Assembly (NCBI GenBank): GCA_012837615.1
Contig: DUQX01000030.1
Coordinates: 6,722-70,721 of the forward strand
Direction of reading: 5' to 3'
DNA length: 64,000 nucleotides
Origin: Bacillota bacterium
Lineage (GTDB): Bacteria > Bacillota > Dethiobacteria > DTU022 > UBA8154
This document shows positions 12,933-22,830 of this stretch, piece after piece. Both the position numbers and the translations under genes were made by a program. The notes below the pieces were generated by a model. It saw only the letters and a program-made list of their open reading frames with translations, was not told the origin of the DNA and ran no database searches. How positions within the stretch are numbered: the first letter of the stretch is position 1; each line of letters starts with the position of its first letter.

Positions 12933-14357
12933 GTGGATGTGGATAACGATACAATAGTAGCTATATCTACGCCTCCCGGTGAAGGAGGAATTGGAATTAT
13001 TCGCTTAAGCGGCAGTGATTCTTTAAATATTTGTTCTCAAATATTTGTTCCTTCAACTTATTTAAAAAAATACGAGGTTGGTAAAAAGATATCTTTCGTT
13101 CCCGTTTCAAAGAAACTTTATTATGGATTTATTTTTGATGAAGAGGGAAAAAAAGTCGACGAAGTGCTCTTTAGTTATATGAAGGCACCTTTTACTTATA
13201 CCAGGGAAGATATTGTGGAGATCAACGCCCACGGAGGCATTGTATGTTTAAATAATATTTTAAATTTGATATTGAAAAAGGGTGCTCGCCTTGCCGAGCC
13301 GGGTGAATTTACTAAAAGGGCATTTATTAATGGCAGAATTGATCTGGTACAGGCGGAAAGCGTGCTTTCTCTGATCAGGGCAAAAACAGAAAAGGGTTTA
13401 AGGGCAGCGATGCACGGTTTGGAAGGAAAATTATCCGGTGAGGTCAAAAGGCTTCGTCATGAACTGGCTCTTATTCTTTCTGATATTGAAGTGGATGTTG
13501 ACTTTGCCCATGAAGACCTTGATTTAGATGTCGGATCCGTTAATGATATCCGGCAACGTTTAATTAATATAAATAATAGTATGGCCCGGCTTTTAAAGAA
13601 GCGAAAGCAGGGTAAAATTTTGCAGGACGGTTTAAAAACAGTCATTTTGGGTAAACCCAATGTCGGTAAGTCCTCGCTCTATAATTATTTGTTAAGAGAG
13701 GAAAGGGCTATAGTAACTGAGATTCCCGGTACAACCAGAGATCTTCTTATCGAATATGTCAATTTAAAAGGCGTCCCCTTAAAATTAACGGATACGGCCG
13801 GATTTCGTAAGGAAGGGGATAAGGTTGAAAAGATAGGGATGCAATATTCTCAAAAAGCTGTTGAGGATGCGGATTTGCTCCTGTTTATGCTTGATGCTTC
13901 AACAGGTGTAACGGACGAGGATCGCTGGATCTATAATAAATTTAACTTCAAAGAAGATCAAAGAATAATTATTATCCTTAATAAAATTGATCTTGCAAAT
14001 CAGGTAATGGAGAATGAAATAGGAGATATTTTTCCTTGCGATAAGGTTGTTGAAATATCTTTACTAAGCGGAGATGGGCTGGAGGAGCTGGAAGGAATAA
14101 TTGTAGAGATGTTTTTTTCTGGTGATTTATACGGGGAAGAAGGAGTTCTTGTTCTCGAGGCAAGGCAGGGTGAGTTGATCAAGAAAGCAGCTGCTCATAT
14201 CAAGGATGCTCTGAATGCTCTTAATAACGGGATGCCATTGGATATCATCAGCATTGATTTGCGCGGAGCATTGGATTCGTTGGGAGAGATCACAGGTGAA
14301 AATTTAGATGATGATGTTCTTGGTATTATTTTTAGCAGATTTTGCATAGGTAAATAA
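12933..14357 (+). CDS. mnmE: tRNA modification GTPase MnmE (TrmE)
   Basis: The track starts at TTG 12867. The start was moved to GTG 12933, which follows AAGGTGG with a 6-nt spacer, giving VDVDNDTIVAISTPPGEGGIGIIRLSG. G-domain GKPNVGKSSL and DTAG. C-terminus ends CIGK. Confidence 0.93.
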   Translation: MDVDNDTIVAISTPPGEGGIGIIRLSGSDSLNICSQIFVPSTYLKKYEVGKKISFVPVSKKLYYGFIFDEEGKKVDEVLFSYMKAPFTYTREDIVEINAHGGIVCLNNILNLILKKGARLAEPGEFTKRAFINGRIDLVQAESVLSLIRAKTEKGLRAAMHGLEGKLSGEVKRLRHELALILSDIEVDVDFAHEDLDLDVGSVNDIRQRLININNSMARLLKKRKQGKILQDGLKTVILGKPNVGKSSLYNYLLREERAIVTEIPGTTRDLLIEYVNLKGVPLKLTDTAGFRKEGDKVEKIGMQYSQKAVEDADLLLFMLDASTGVTDEDRWIYNKFNFKEDQRIIIILNKIDLANQVMENEIGDIFPCDKVVEISLLSGDGLEELEGIIVEMFFSGDLYGEEGVLVLEARQGELIKKAAAHIKDALNALNNGMPLDIISIDLRGALDSLGEITGENLDDDVLGIIFSRFCIGK

Positions 14358-14374
14358 TCTTGGATGGATAATTA

Positions 14375-15121
14375 ATGGAAAAAATATTAGTAAATGATAT
14401 ACTCCAAGAAGCTAGCCGGTGGGGATTTTCTTTAGATGAACAGAAAGCAAAGCTGTTTGTGAAGTATTATGAAATTCTGCTTCAGGAGAATCAAAAATAT
14501 AATTTAACGCGAATAACCATGCCTGAAAGTGTCTTGGAAGAGCTTTTTTTTGATTCGCTGGCGGGTTTTCTTAAAGCAAAAAATAAAACGGTAGAAGATT
14601 TAGTTGATCTTGGCAGCGGTGCCGGTTTTCCCGGTATTCCGCTAAAGATATATTTTCCCGATTTGAAATTGACTGTCGTCGATGCTTCTCAAAAAAAAAT
14701 AAGTTTTCTGCGCTTTCTTATTAATAAATTAGATCTAAACGGTATAAATCTCATGCATAAAAGGGCGGAAGACCTGGGAAGAGGGCCTGGGAGGGAAACA
14801 TATTCCCATGTTACGGCCAGGGCACTTGCTCCCCTTCCCGTGGCTGTGGAACTGGCACTGCCATTATTAAAGAAGGGCGGGTTATTTTGGGCTTTTAAGG
14901 GACCCTCTGCTTTAAGTGAATTAAATCGGGCGAAAGAAATTGTCAGGCGCTGTGGTGGGAAACATATTGATACAATTACTTATAGTTTGCCGAGGTCTAA
15001 AAAAAAGCGCATTGTTTTAATTTTTAGTAAAGAAAACGAGACAGAAAAAATATTTCCTCGCAGGGCTGGCATTCCGCAAAAGAGGCCCCTGGAAAAAATA
15101 ATTTACAGGATGCAGGAATAA
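14375..15121 (+). CDS. rsmG: 16S rRNA (guanine527-N7)-methyltransferase RsmG (GidB)
   Basis: 248 aa. SAM-binding motif LVDLGSGAGFPGIPLKI. Begins 18 bp after the mnmE stop. Confidence 0.9.
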   Translation: MEKILVNDILQEASRWGFSLDEQKAKLFVKYYEILLQENQKYNLTRITMPESVLEELFFDSLAGFLKAKNKTVEDLVDLGSGAGFPGIPLKIYFPDLKLTVVDASQKKISFLRFLINKLDLNGINLMHKRAEDLGRGPGRETYSHVTARALAPLPVAVELALPLLKKGGLFWAFKGPSALSELNRAKEIVRRCGGKHIDTITYSLPRSKKKRIVLIFSKENETEKIFPRRAGIPQKRPLEKIIYRMQE

Positions 15122-15204
15122 TTCCTCCTGATGTCGAATAATTACATTAATCTATATAATTTCACTATAATGATTTTTTATACATCAAAAAACGGGGTGT
15201 GTTT

Positions 15205-16059
15205 ATGAATGAAATTTGGAGTAAAAAGCTGGGGCTATCCAATAAAGATTTGAATAAAGAGGAAATTAAAATGATCAGCATCGACAAAATAACAGTCAAT
15301 CCATTTCAGCCAAGAAAGACATTTGAAGATATAAAAATTCAGGAACTTGCACAGTCTATTAAAACATACGGGTTGTTGCAGCCGATTATCGTAACTGAGG
15401 ATGATAATGGTTATCAGATAGTGGCAGGCGAGCGCAGATATCTTGCCTGTCAACGTCTGGGGTGGAAAGAAATTCCTGCGCTGGTGCGTGAATATCACGG
15501 TAGTTCTCTTGCAGCTGTTGCTTTAATTGAAAATTTACAAAGGGAAAATTTAAATTTTATTGAAGAGGCTTATGGTTATAAAAGGCTAATTGAGGAATTT
15601 AATTTAACACAGGAAGTTCTGGCTCAGCGATTGGGAAAGAGTCAGTCTACAATTGCCAATAAGCTGAGGCTATTAAAGCTTCCAGATAACGTTAAGAAAT
15701 TACTGCAGGAAGAAAAGCTCACTGAAAGACATGCGCGGGCTTTATTGAAGCTGGATTCCTCAAAAAAACAACAAGAAGCTGTTGAAATAATGATTAATAT
15801 GGATTTAAATGTTAAAGAAGCGGAAGAACTGGTGCAGCAATTAAACAGAGGCCCAAAGGAAGAAAGCCTGAAAAAGCATCAACGCAGGGTAATTATCAGG
15901 GATCTAAGAATATTTTTGAATACAATTAGACAGGCTGTTAGCATTATACGTAAGGCTGGATTGGAACCTGTGGTGGAAGAAAATGATATGAAAGATTATT
16001 GGGAAATTCGTATCAGGTTGCCTAAGAAAAATAAAGATAAGGAATATGCAGCTAAATAG
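15205..16059 (+). CDS. noc: ParB-family nucleoid occlusion protein (Noc-like)
   Basis: ParB box GERRYLAC. N-terminal ...ISIDKITVNPFQPRK. Helix-turn-helix ...QEVLAQRLGKSQSTIANKLRLL. Sits upstream of parA and parB as in Bacillus. Confidence 0.8.
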   Translation: MNEIWSKKLGLSNKDLNKEEIKMISIDKITVNPFQPRKTFEDIKIQELAQSIKTYGLLQPIIVTEDDNGYQIVAGERRYLACQRLGWKEIPALVREYHGSSLAAVALIENLQRENLNFIEEAYGYKRLIEEFNLTQEVLAQRLGKSQSTIANKLRLLKLPDNVKKLLQEEKLTERHARALLKLDSSKKQQEAVEIMINMDLNVKEAEELVQQLNRGPKEESLKKHQRRVIIRDLRIFLNTIRQAVSIIRKAGLEPVVEENDMKDYWEIRIRLPKKNKDKEYAAK

Positions 16060-16238
16060 CGCTAATCTAATTACATTTATTTGTAAAATTTCTGAGCTTT
16101 AGTTTTTATTATTGCCGGTATTGGACCGGCTTTTTTATTTCCAAGTGTTTTCTTTGAAGGAACTAAATTCATTTTCAAGAATATATAACATAAAACAATA
16201 AAAATCGCATCATTGTGTTGCTTATCCGAGGTGAAAAA

Positions 16239-17000
16239 ATGGGTGTACAGATTATTGCTGTTGCAAATCAAAAGGGTGGTGTTGGCAAAACTACTACCGC
16301 TGTAAATCTTAGCGCTTGTTTGGCAGGCTTAGGTAAAAATGTATTGTTGCTCGATATTGATCCGCAGGGAAATGCTACCAGCGGTATCGGATTGGATAAA
16401 AATAAAATAAAGGCCTGTATTTATGATGCTTTAATTAATGATTTTCCTGTTGAAAAGGTTATCTACAGCTGCGATCAAGATTATCTTTATGTTATTCCAG
16501 CAACTATTCAACTTGCCGGGGCTGAAATAGAGCTCGTTCCGACGTTATCCAGAGAAGTTCGCTTAAAAAGGGTTCTAAAGCCTATAAAAGATAAATTCGA
16601 TTATATTATAATTGATTGTCCTCCATCGCTGGGATTGCTCACTGTTAATTCTTTGACTGCGGCCGATTCTGTTCTTGTCCCGATTCAGTGTGAATATTAT
16701 GCTTTAGAAGGACTTGGTCAGCTTGTCAATACAATTAACTTAGTTAAAAAACACCTTAATCAGCGGTTAATAATTTGCGGAGTTTTGTTAACAATGTTTG
16801 ATGTAAGAACAAATCTCTCCGCACAGGTGGCAGAAGAAGTTAAGAATTATTTTGGTGACATAGTATTTAAAACTGTTATTCCACGAAACGTTCGGCTCAG
16901 TGAGGCACCAAGCTACGGAAAATCTATTATAGATTATGATCCTCGCAGTAAAGGTGCAGAAGTATATAAACAACTAGCTAAGGAGGTTGTTTCGCTATGA
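16239..17000 (+). CDS. parA: Chromosome partitioning ATPase ParA/Soj
   Basis: Deviant Walker A KGGVGKTTT. ATG 16239 follows GAGGTG. The track starts at 16215. Confidence 0.92.
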   Translation: MGVQIIAVANQKGGVGKTTTAVNLSACLAGLGKNVLLLDIDPQGNATSGIGLDKNKIKACIYDALINDFPVEKVIYSCDQDYLYVIPATIQLAGAEIELVPTLSREVRLKRVLKPIKDKFDYIIIDCPPSLGLLTVNSLTAADSVLVPIQCEYYALEGLGQLVNTINLVKKHLNQRLIICGVLLTMFDVRTNLSAQVAEEVKNYFGDIVFKTVIPRNVRLSEAPSYGKSIIDYDPRSKGAEVYKQLAKEVVSL

Positions 17001-17884
17001 ACAGACAAAGACTCGGCAGGGGGCTGGAAGCGCTAATACCTAAAGATGATATCATTGGTGATGAGGAGGGAGTTGTTGAAATAGCTCTGGATAAAATTAA
17101 ACCAAATCCTCTGCAACCCAGGAGTAATTTTGATCCTAATAAATTAAATGAGTTGGCGGAAACGATCAGTTCATATGGAGTTATACAGCCGGTTATTGTA
17201 CAGAAAAAAGATGATGGTTTTGTCCTTGTTGCAGGGGAAAGGCGTTTCAGGGCGGCAAAAATTGCAGGTCTAAAAAAGATTCCTGCATTGATTAAGAATT
17301 ATAATAAAAATCAAGTGATGGAAATCACCCTTGTAGAAAATTTGCAAAGGGAAGATCTTAATCCAATTGAAGAGGCTGCTGCTTATAAGAAACTTATTGA
17401 TGAGTTTGGATTTAGCCAAGAAGAACTGGCAGGTAAATTGGGGAAAAGCCGATCTGCGATAGCTAATTCGGTAAGACTGCTGTCACTTTGCGAAGAAGTT
17501 AAAAATTTTATTGTGCAAGGCGATCTTTCTGCCGGGCAGGCCAGGCCTCTATTAACACTCGAGAATGATCTTGATCAAATAAATTTTGCTCAAAAAATTA
17601 TTTCTGATAAACTAACTGCCAGACGGGTCGAGGATTTGGTAAAGAAATATAAGAGCAACAAAAAGAAAGGTAAACGGGATAGGGGAGGGGAAGAAGAGCG
17701 GTTAGCGGATGAAAAGGAACGGACAAAAGAATTTTTTATTAAAGATCTTGAAGATAATTTAAGAAAAATCTATGGAACAAAAGTTATTATTAAATCCGGT
17801 GTCGGCGAAGGTAAGGTTATCTTGTATTATTATGGAGATGAGGACCTGGAACGGCTTACATCTTTATTGCTTGAAAAAGAATAA
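16997..17884 (+). CDS. parB: Chromosome partitioning protein ParB/Spo0J
   Basis: 295 aa. GERRFRAAKIAGL arginine-patch box and a helix-turn-helix domain. The start overlaps the parA stop in an ATGA. Confidence 0.92.
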   Translation: MNRQRLGRGLEALIPKDDIIGDEEGVVEIALDKIKPNPLQPRSNFDPNKLNELAETISSYGVIQPVIVQKKDDGFVLVAGERRFRAAKIAGLKKIPALIKNYNKNQVMEITLVENLQREDLNPIEEAAAYKKLIDEFGFSQEELAGKLGKSRSAIANSVRLLSLCEEVKNFIVQGDLSAGQARPLLTLENDLDQINFAQKIISDKLTARRVEDLVKKYKSNKKKGKRDRGGEEERLADEKERTKEFFIKDLEDNLRKIYGTKVIIKSGVGEGKVILYYYGDEDLERLTSLLLEKE

Positions 17885-18047
17885 ATTTAATGTTTATGTG
17901 CAAGATGCTAAGTCATTTTTTTTACGGTGACTTTTCACACCTGCTGTTGCCTATACCCTGTTTATGTTTTGTTCTGTTTGGTTACAATTTAAAAAAAGGT
18001 ATTTTTTATTAAAAGTAAATTTACGGCGGATGTTATTGTCAAGCCAA

Positions 18048-18063
18048 TGTTTCACGTGAAACA
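18048..18063. promoter_or_regulatory. parS: parS centromere site (TGTTTCACGTGAAACA)
   Basis: Exact match to the Firmicute parS consensus. It is the core of a perfect 50-bp palindrome at 18031-18080, between the convergent parB and yyaC genes. Confidence 0.85.
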
Positions 18064-18308
18064 TTGGCTTGACAATAAACAAAAAAATATTCTAGTTAAA
18101 CATATAAAAATAGAAATATCTGTATAGAAGCAGGAATGTTGCAATAAATATAGAATTAACTCCCAGATATTATAAAAAAATTGTTTTGTAGAAAATTTAA
18201 AGAAAATCTGCGAGGAAAGCTATGGATTAAAAAAAGAGATACACCTAAGGGGGTTCCAAGTACACTAAGTTGAAAGAAAAAGCAACCATTTAGAAGATAA
18301 TAGACACT

Positions 18309-18926
18309 TTACGAAAGATTATTTGTCCAATCCGATACGGCTAGAAAAATACCCAGTGCGATAAAACGGGCAAGGGGGATGACAACGCTGAGGCGTGTGC
18401 TTTGAAGGACCATAAGTTCCATGAAACCTCCCACATTTACAATGCCGGTAACAAATATATTTCCAATCGGAGGGATTCTTTTTTTTACAGCTGCCCCTGG
18501 TAAAAGGCTTCCCTTACCGATTTCGAGATGACCTATCATCTGTTTTTGACCCAGACAGGCATCTACTGCTAAAATAGCCGGTGATTGATATTTTTCTTCG
18601 ATAAGCTGCTTGGTGTCTCTGATGTTAAGGGCATGAACGGGTTTGCTCAGGTTTCCCATAACTGTAACGCTGTCATGCTGCAGATCGTTTAGCATACTTC
18701 CCACCAGCGGTCCGAGACAATCACCGGTTGAACGGTCGCTGCCGATACATAGCACGATCAGGTGGGTATACTCACTGCTCAGTTCATCCAAAAAAGAACA
18801 TAAAATATCTACAAAAGCGGTCAAAGAACCTTTTTCTTGAGGATTGATGGCAACTACGGGAAGGCTGGGCGCCGTAGAAACATTTTTTGTGGATGGAGGG
18901 TGCATTTCCCTGTTATTTCCTTTCAA
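18309..18926 (-). CDS. yyaC: Spore protease YyaC (DUF1256 family)
   Basis: 205 aa with ...LIVLCIGSDRSTGDCLGPLVG...AVDACLG..., which resembles the YyaC family. yyaC is the neighbour of spo0J/parB in Bacillus. Confidence 0.8.
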   Translation of the reverse strand: MKGNNREMHPPSTKNVSTAPSLPVVAINPQEKGSLTAFVDILCSFLDELSSEYTHLIVLCIGSDRSTGDCLGPLVGSMLNDLQHDSVTVMGNLSKPVHALNIRDTKQLIEEKYQSPAILAVDACLGQKQMIGHLEIGKGSLLPGAAVKKRIPPIGNIFVTGIVNVGGFMELMVLQSTRLSVVIPLARFIALGIFLAVSDWTNNLS

Positions 18927-19142
18927 GAGTTCATTTCTACCTACAGTATAGCCAAGGGCGGTGAAAATATGCTTTGCGGCTGCAGGAATATTTCACATAG
19001 AAGGAGAATACTTGAAAAGGTGTCAATAATAATAAGCAAGAACAGCGATATTATAATTTAGTAGAAGGTTTTTGGCAACGTATTAAACAGGCTTTAAGTT
19101 GAGAGAATTTATAATTGTATCCGAAATGGAGGAGAGAATAAA

Positions 19143-19802
19143 ATGTTTATTATTTTAATGGGACCTCCCGGAGCCGGAAAAGGAACTCAAGCGGAAAAAT
19201 TAACAAAGGAATTTGCTTTAATCCATGTTTCTACCGGTGATATCTTTCGTAATGCGGTGAAGGAAGGTACGGAAATGGGGAAAAAGGCAAAGGAATATAT
19301 GGATAAGGGAGAGCTTGTCCCTGATGAAATTGTGTTGGGGATAGTAAAAGAAAGGCTGTCCAAACCTGATTGTAAGGCTGGAGTACTGCTCGATGGTTTT
19401 CCCCGGACAATAGAACAGGCGGAAGCTCTGGACGAGGTGTTGGAAGACTTAAAGATGAAGATTGATGCGGTGATCAACATCGATGTCAGCGAGGAAGAGC
19501 TTATCGCAAGACTCACAGGGAGAAGGGTCTGCCGCAATTGCGGAGCAACCTATCATATTAAATTTAATCCACCGAAAGTCAGAAATATCTGTGACCATTG
19601 TAGCGGGGAACTATATCAAAGAAGCGATGACACCATAGATACGGTTAAAGAAAGGCTCAATATTTACAACAAACAAACTCTGCCTATGGTCGATTATTAT
19701 GAGCGGAAGGGAATGTACAAAAGCGCAGACGGATCACGCGAAATTGATCAGGTTTTTGCTGATATTGCCGCATATTTGCAGAATAAAGAGGATGAGATAT
19801 AA
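19143..19802 (+). CDS. adk: Adenylate kinase with zinc-binding lid
   Basis: 219 aa. P-loop [10 protein letters not shown] and Cys4 lid CRNCGATYH...CDHC. Confidence 0.92.
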   Translation: MFIILMGPPGAGKGTQAEKLTKEFALIHVSTGDIFRNAVKEGTEMGKKAKEYMDKGELVPDEIVLGIVKERLSKPDCKAGVLLDGFPRTIEQAEALDEVLEDLKMKIDAVINIDVSEEELIARLTGRRVCRNCGATYHIKFNPPKVRNICDHCSGELYQRSDDTIDTVKERLNIYNKQTLPMVDYYERKGMYKSADGSREIDQVFADIAAYLQNKEDEI

Positions 19803-19876
19803 TAGTTGTGAAAATCATAAAATCATAAAGACGGTACCAGGTATACTGGAGAAATACAGGGGAGAAGACCTATACC

Positions 19877-20077
19877 ATGTACAAAGTGGGCCAGATAGTT
19901 AGGATGAGAAAAGGCCATCCTTGCGGCGGCGATATATGGCGCATTATTAGGATAGGCATGGATTTTCGTATAAAATGCTTGAAATGCGGGAGGAGCGTTC
20001 TTTTACCCCGGCAAAGGTTTGAGCGCAAAGTAAAGGAAATAATCGAGGAACCTGTTGAAAATTATAGGAGGTATTGA
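19877..20077 (+). CDS. DUF951 small zinc-ribbon protein (YyzM-like)
   Basis: 66 aa with HPCGGD...CLKCG. This family lies directly upstream of ychF in Bacillus. Confidence 0.65.
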   Translation: MYKVGQIVRMRKGHPCGGDIWRIIRIGMDFRIKCLKCGRSVLLPRQRFERKVKEIIEEPVENYRRY

Positions 20078-20081
20078 ATAA

Positions 20082-21179
20082 ATGGGATTTAAATGCGGGT
20101 TGGTCGGGCTGCCCAACGTAGGCAAGTCTACCCTTTTTACAGCCCTATCAAGCCTGCCGGTAGAACGCGCCAAATTTCCCTTTTCTACCATAGAACCAAA
20201 TATGGGGATTGTCCCGGTAAGGGATGAACGCCTATATAAAGTAGCCGCACTGGTCGGTATAGAAAAGATAACACCGGCGACGCTGACGATAATTGATATT
20301 GCAGGGCTAATAAAGGGTGCCGGGAAGGGTGAAGGATTGGGAAACCGTTTTTTGGCCCATATCAGGGAAATGGATTTGCTACTTCACGTTATCAGGGGTT
20401 TTCAAGCCCCGGATGTTCCTCATCTCGCGGGTGAACCTAACCCTATCAGGGACATTGAGATTATTAACCTGGAATTAATCCTGGCGGATTTGGCATTTCT
20501 TGAAAGAAAACGGGAAAAAGTATTCCGTAATGCAAAAAGCAAATCACGGGAAGCCCAACTGGAAAAAGAATTGGTAGAGAAAATATATGAACATCTTAAT
20601 AATGGAAAGCCAGCCAGGAGCCTGATTCTTTCGGCTGAGGAAAAATCCGTTGCCGGAGGCTGGCAGCTGTTAACCATGAAACCGGAGATATTTGTAGTAA
20701 ATATAGATGAGAAGGACTTGTCTGTGGGGGAATCGGAAACTGTGCGTTCGGTCAAACGGCTGTCGAAAAAAACAAGCACTCCGGTTATAAGTATCTGCGC
20801 TTCATTGGAAGCGGAGTTTGAAGAAATGGAAGAAGATGAAAGGGCCGTCTTTATGGAGGAGTACGGTCTTCCCGATACGGGGCTGGACCGCCTTATAAAA
20901 ACAGGTTACGATTATCTAGGACTAATTACCTTTTTTACCGTAAAGGGTAAGGAGGCCAGGGCTTGGGCTGTAAAAAAGGGAACTGTAGCCCGGGAAGGCG
21001 CGGGAAAGGTTCATACTGATATGGAAAGAGGTTTTATTGCGGCAGAGGTAATCGATTGGGAAGAATTAATAAAAGCGGGGTCACTGACGGAAGCAAAAGA
21101 AAAAGGGAGCATAAGATTGGAAGGCAAAGACTATCTTCTAAAGGACGGCGAGGTCGTTCTTTTTCGTTTCAAAGTCTGA
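20082..21179 (+). CDS. ychF: Ribosome-binding ATPase YchF
   Basis: 365 aa. GLVGLPNVGKSTLF, then a TGS domain at the C-terminus. Confidence 0.95.
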   Translation: MGFKCGLVGLPNVGKSTLFTALSSLPVERAKFPFSTIEPNMGIVPVRDERLYKVAALVGIEKITPATLTIIDIAGLIKGAGKGEGLGNRFLAHIREMDLLLHVIRGFQAPDVPHLAGEPNPIRDIEIINLELILADLAFLERKREKVFRNAKSKSREAQLEKELVEKIYEHLNNGKPARSLILSAEEKSVAGGWQLLTMKPEIFVVNIDEKDLSVGESETVRSVKRLSKKTSTPVISICASLEAEFEEMEEDERAVFMEEYGLPDTGLDRLIKTGYDYLGLITFFTVKGKEARAWAVKKGTVAREGAGKVHTDMERGFIAAEVIDWEELIKAGSLTEAKEKGSIRLEGKDYLLKDGEVVLFRFKV

Positions 21180-21241
21180 AAAACACCTCCCTAATTTCCT
21201 ATCAAGAATAAAATTCCGGTTAGGAAAGGCAGACAAAAGCA

Positions 21242-22279
21242 ATGAGAGATAAGGATACAATTTATATCCTGAAAATAGTAACGGTAATTGCCGCCTTAAT
21301 AGGTTTTGTCTGGTTCGTTTACTATATTTCCTGGGTAATAGAACTTACCGTAATTAGTTTATTGATCGTCTACATTCTTTTCCCCATTGTTGAACTGCTG
21401 AAAAATCATCTAAAATTTTCTCATTTTTCTGCAGTCGGTGTTGCCTTTTTATTGTTCCTTCTGTTAATTGTAATCTTAATTAGTTTGATTGTCCCCATTG
21501 TCCAGATAGAGCTAAGGGCCATTATAAGAGATCTGCCCCATTATGTTAAACAATTTCAGCTTTTGGCAGAAGAGCTATCAGATTATTTAACGAGCTTTGA
21601 TTTAAATGTGGAATTCAGTGATATTATTCCGGATCTTTCCAGCAACCTTCGCACCGTGCTGGAAGAAGTGGCAAACATCAGCATTACTGTGGTTGCCAGT
21701 ATCGTAGACATGTTTTTTATCGCCTTTATAGTTTTTTTCCTGCTCTATGATTTTCAGAATATACGCGATAACATTATAAAGATTATACCCGTACGGTATG
21801 AAAAATACGGCAGGGATGTTCTTCAAATAATCGATAGAAATTTTGGCGGTTATATCAGGGGCAATATTGTGCGTTGTACAATTGTTGGTATCGCTACAGG
21901 GATAGCACTGTATATTGCAGGGATGCCATACGCACTGCTTTTGGGCATTATTGCAGGAGTGCTTAATGTTATTTTATATATCGGCCCATATGTTGCTGCT
22001 TTTCCTGCAATTCTTATCAGCGTTTCCCCAAATACTCCTTCTATCATGGTTGTAATATTAATATATCTTGTTGTTCAGACAATTGATGGCACTGTGCTGG
22101 CCCCTTTATTGCTGGGGAGAGCTGTTAAGCTCAAACCTGTTACGGTAATTATCTGCCTGCTGATAGGAGGCGAGCTGGCAGGTTTTTTGGGTATAATTAT
22201 ATCCATACCTCTTGCTGGAATCGTCAGGAGCCTGATAGAATATTTCAGAGAAGGGTTAAATGTCGGCTTAAAGGACTAA
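21242..22279 (+). CDS. AI-2E family transporter (UPF0118, PerM-like)
   Basis: 345 aa with about 8 TM segments and the characteristic GxxxG-rich helices. Confidence 0.75.
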   Translation: MRDKDTIYILKIVTVIAALIGFVWFVYYISWVIELTVISLLIVYILFPIVELLKNHLKFSHFSAVGVAFLLFLLLIVILISLIVPIVQIELRAIIRDLPHYVKQFQLLAEELSDYLTSFDLNVEFSDIIPDLSSNLRTVLEEVANISITVVASIVDMFFIAFIVFFLLYDFQNIRDNIIKIIPVRYEKYGRDVLQIIDRNFGGYIRGNIVRCTIVGIATGIALYIAGMPYALLLGIIAGVLNVILYIGPYVAAFPAILISVSPNTPSIMVVILIYLVVQTIDGTVLAPLLLGRAVKLKPVTVIICLLIGGELAGFLGIIISIPLAGIVRSLIEYFREGLNVGLKD

Positions 22280-22374
22280 TCCTTGCTTTAAGAATGATGA
22301 TATGATAATATGTTACAGGTATCCCTGCTTCTCCTGCGAAGGGGAGGCCGCACAGACCGAAGGGAGGTGAAGCA

Positions 22375-22752
22375 ATGCCGCTGTATGAAGTTATGTTTAT
22401 CGTTCAGCCCGAACTGGAAGGAGACTTACTTGAAGAATCTGTAAACCGGGTAACTGATGTTATCCAAAAAGAGGGCGGCGAAATCGTTAGCGTAAAGAAA
22501 TTAGGGAAAAAGAAGCTTGCCTATGAAATTGATGATTTCAGGGAAGGTTCATATTTTCTAATTCATACCAGGTGTGGTAAAGAACTAATCCCAAATCTTG
22601 ACCACTTTTTTAAGGTAAACGAAGGTTATTTACGCTATATCATCATACGACTGAACGAAGAAAAAGATTCCCAAGAAAAAAGTTCCCAAAAACCTCAAAA
22701 AGAAAATAGTACAGTTATACAGGAAGATAGCGAGGAAGTTCAGACTTCCTAG
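22375..22752 (+). CDS. rpsF: 30S ribosomal protein S6 with an acidic C-terminal extension
   Basis: MPLYEVMFIVQPELEGD... This gene heads the rpsF, ssb, rpsR, rplI series. Confidence 0.9.
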   Translation: MPLYEVMFIVQPELEGDLLEESVNRVTDVIQKEGGEIVSVKKLGKKKLAYEIDDFREGSYFLIHTRCGKELIPNLDHFFKVNEGYLRYIIIRLNEEKDSQEKSSQKPQKENSTVIQEDSEEVQTS

Positions 22753-22830
22753 TTATCTTTTTTGTACGTATATGTAAGGGTATGTAAGGCCTTTTAATGC
22801 AGTATCTATGTCCTTTGAGGAGGAAGAAAA

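Noticed and set aside
18229-18245. 16-nt exact match (AAAAAAGAGATACACC) between the parB-yyaC spacer and the 5' end of rpmE (56105-56120), both shortly after an ATG
   Set aside because: A 16-mer match between two sites in a 64-kb AT-rich window is roughly what chance predicts. The similarity does not extend and the local reading frame hits a stop at once. Not treated as a pseudogene or shared element.
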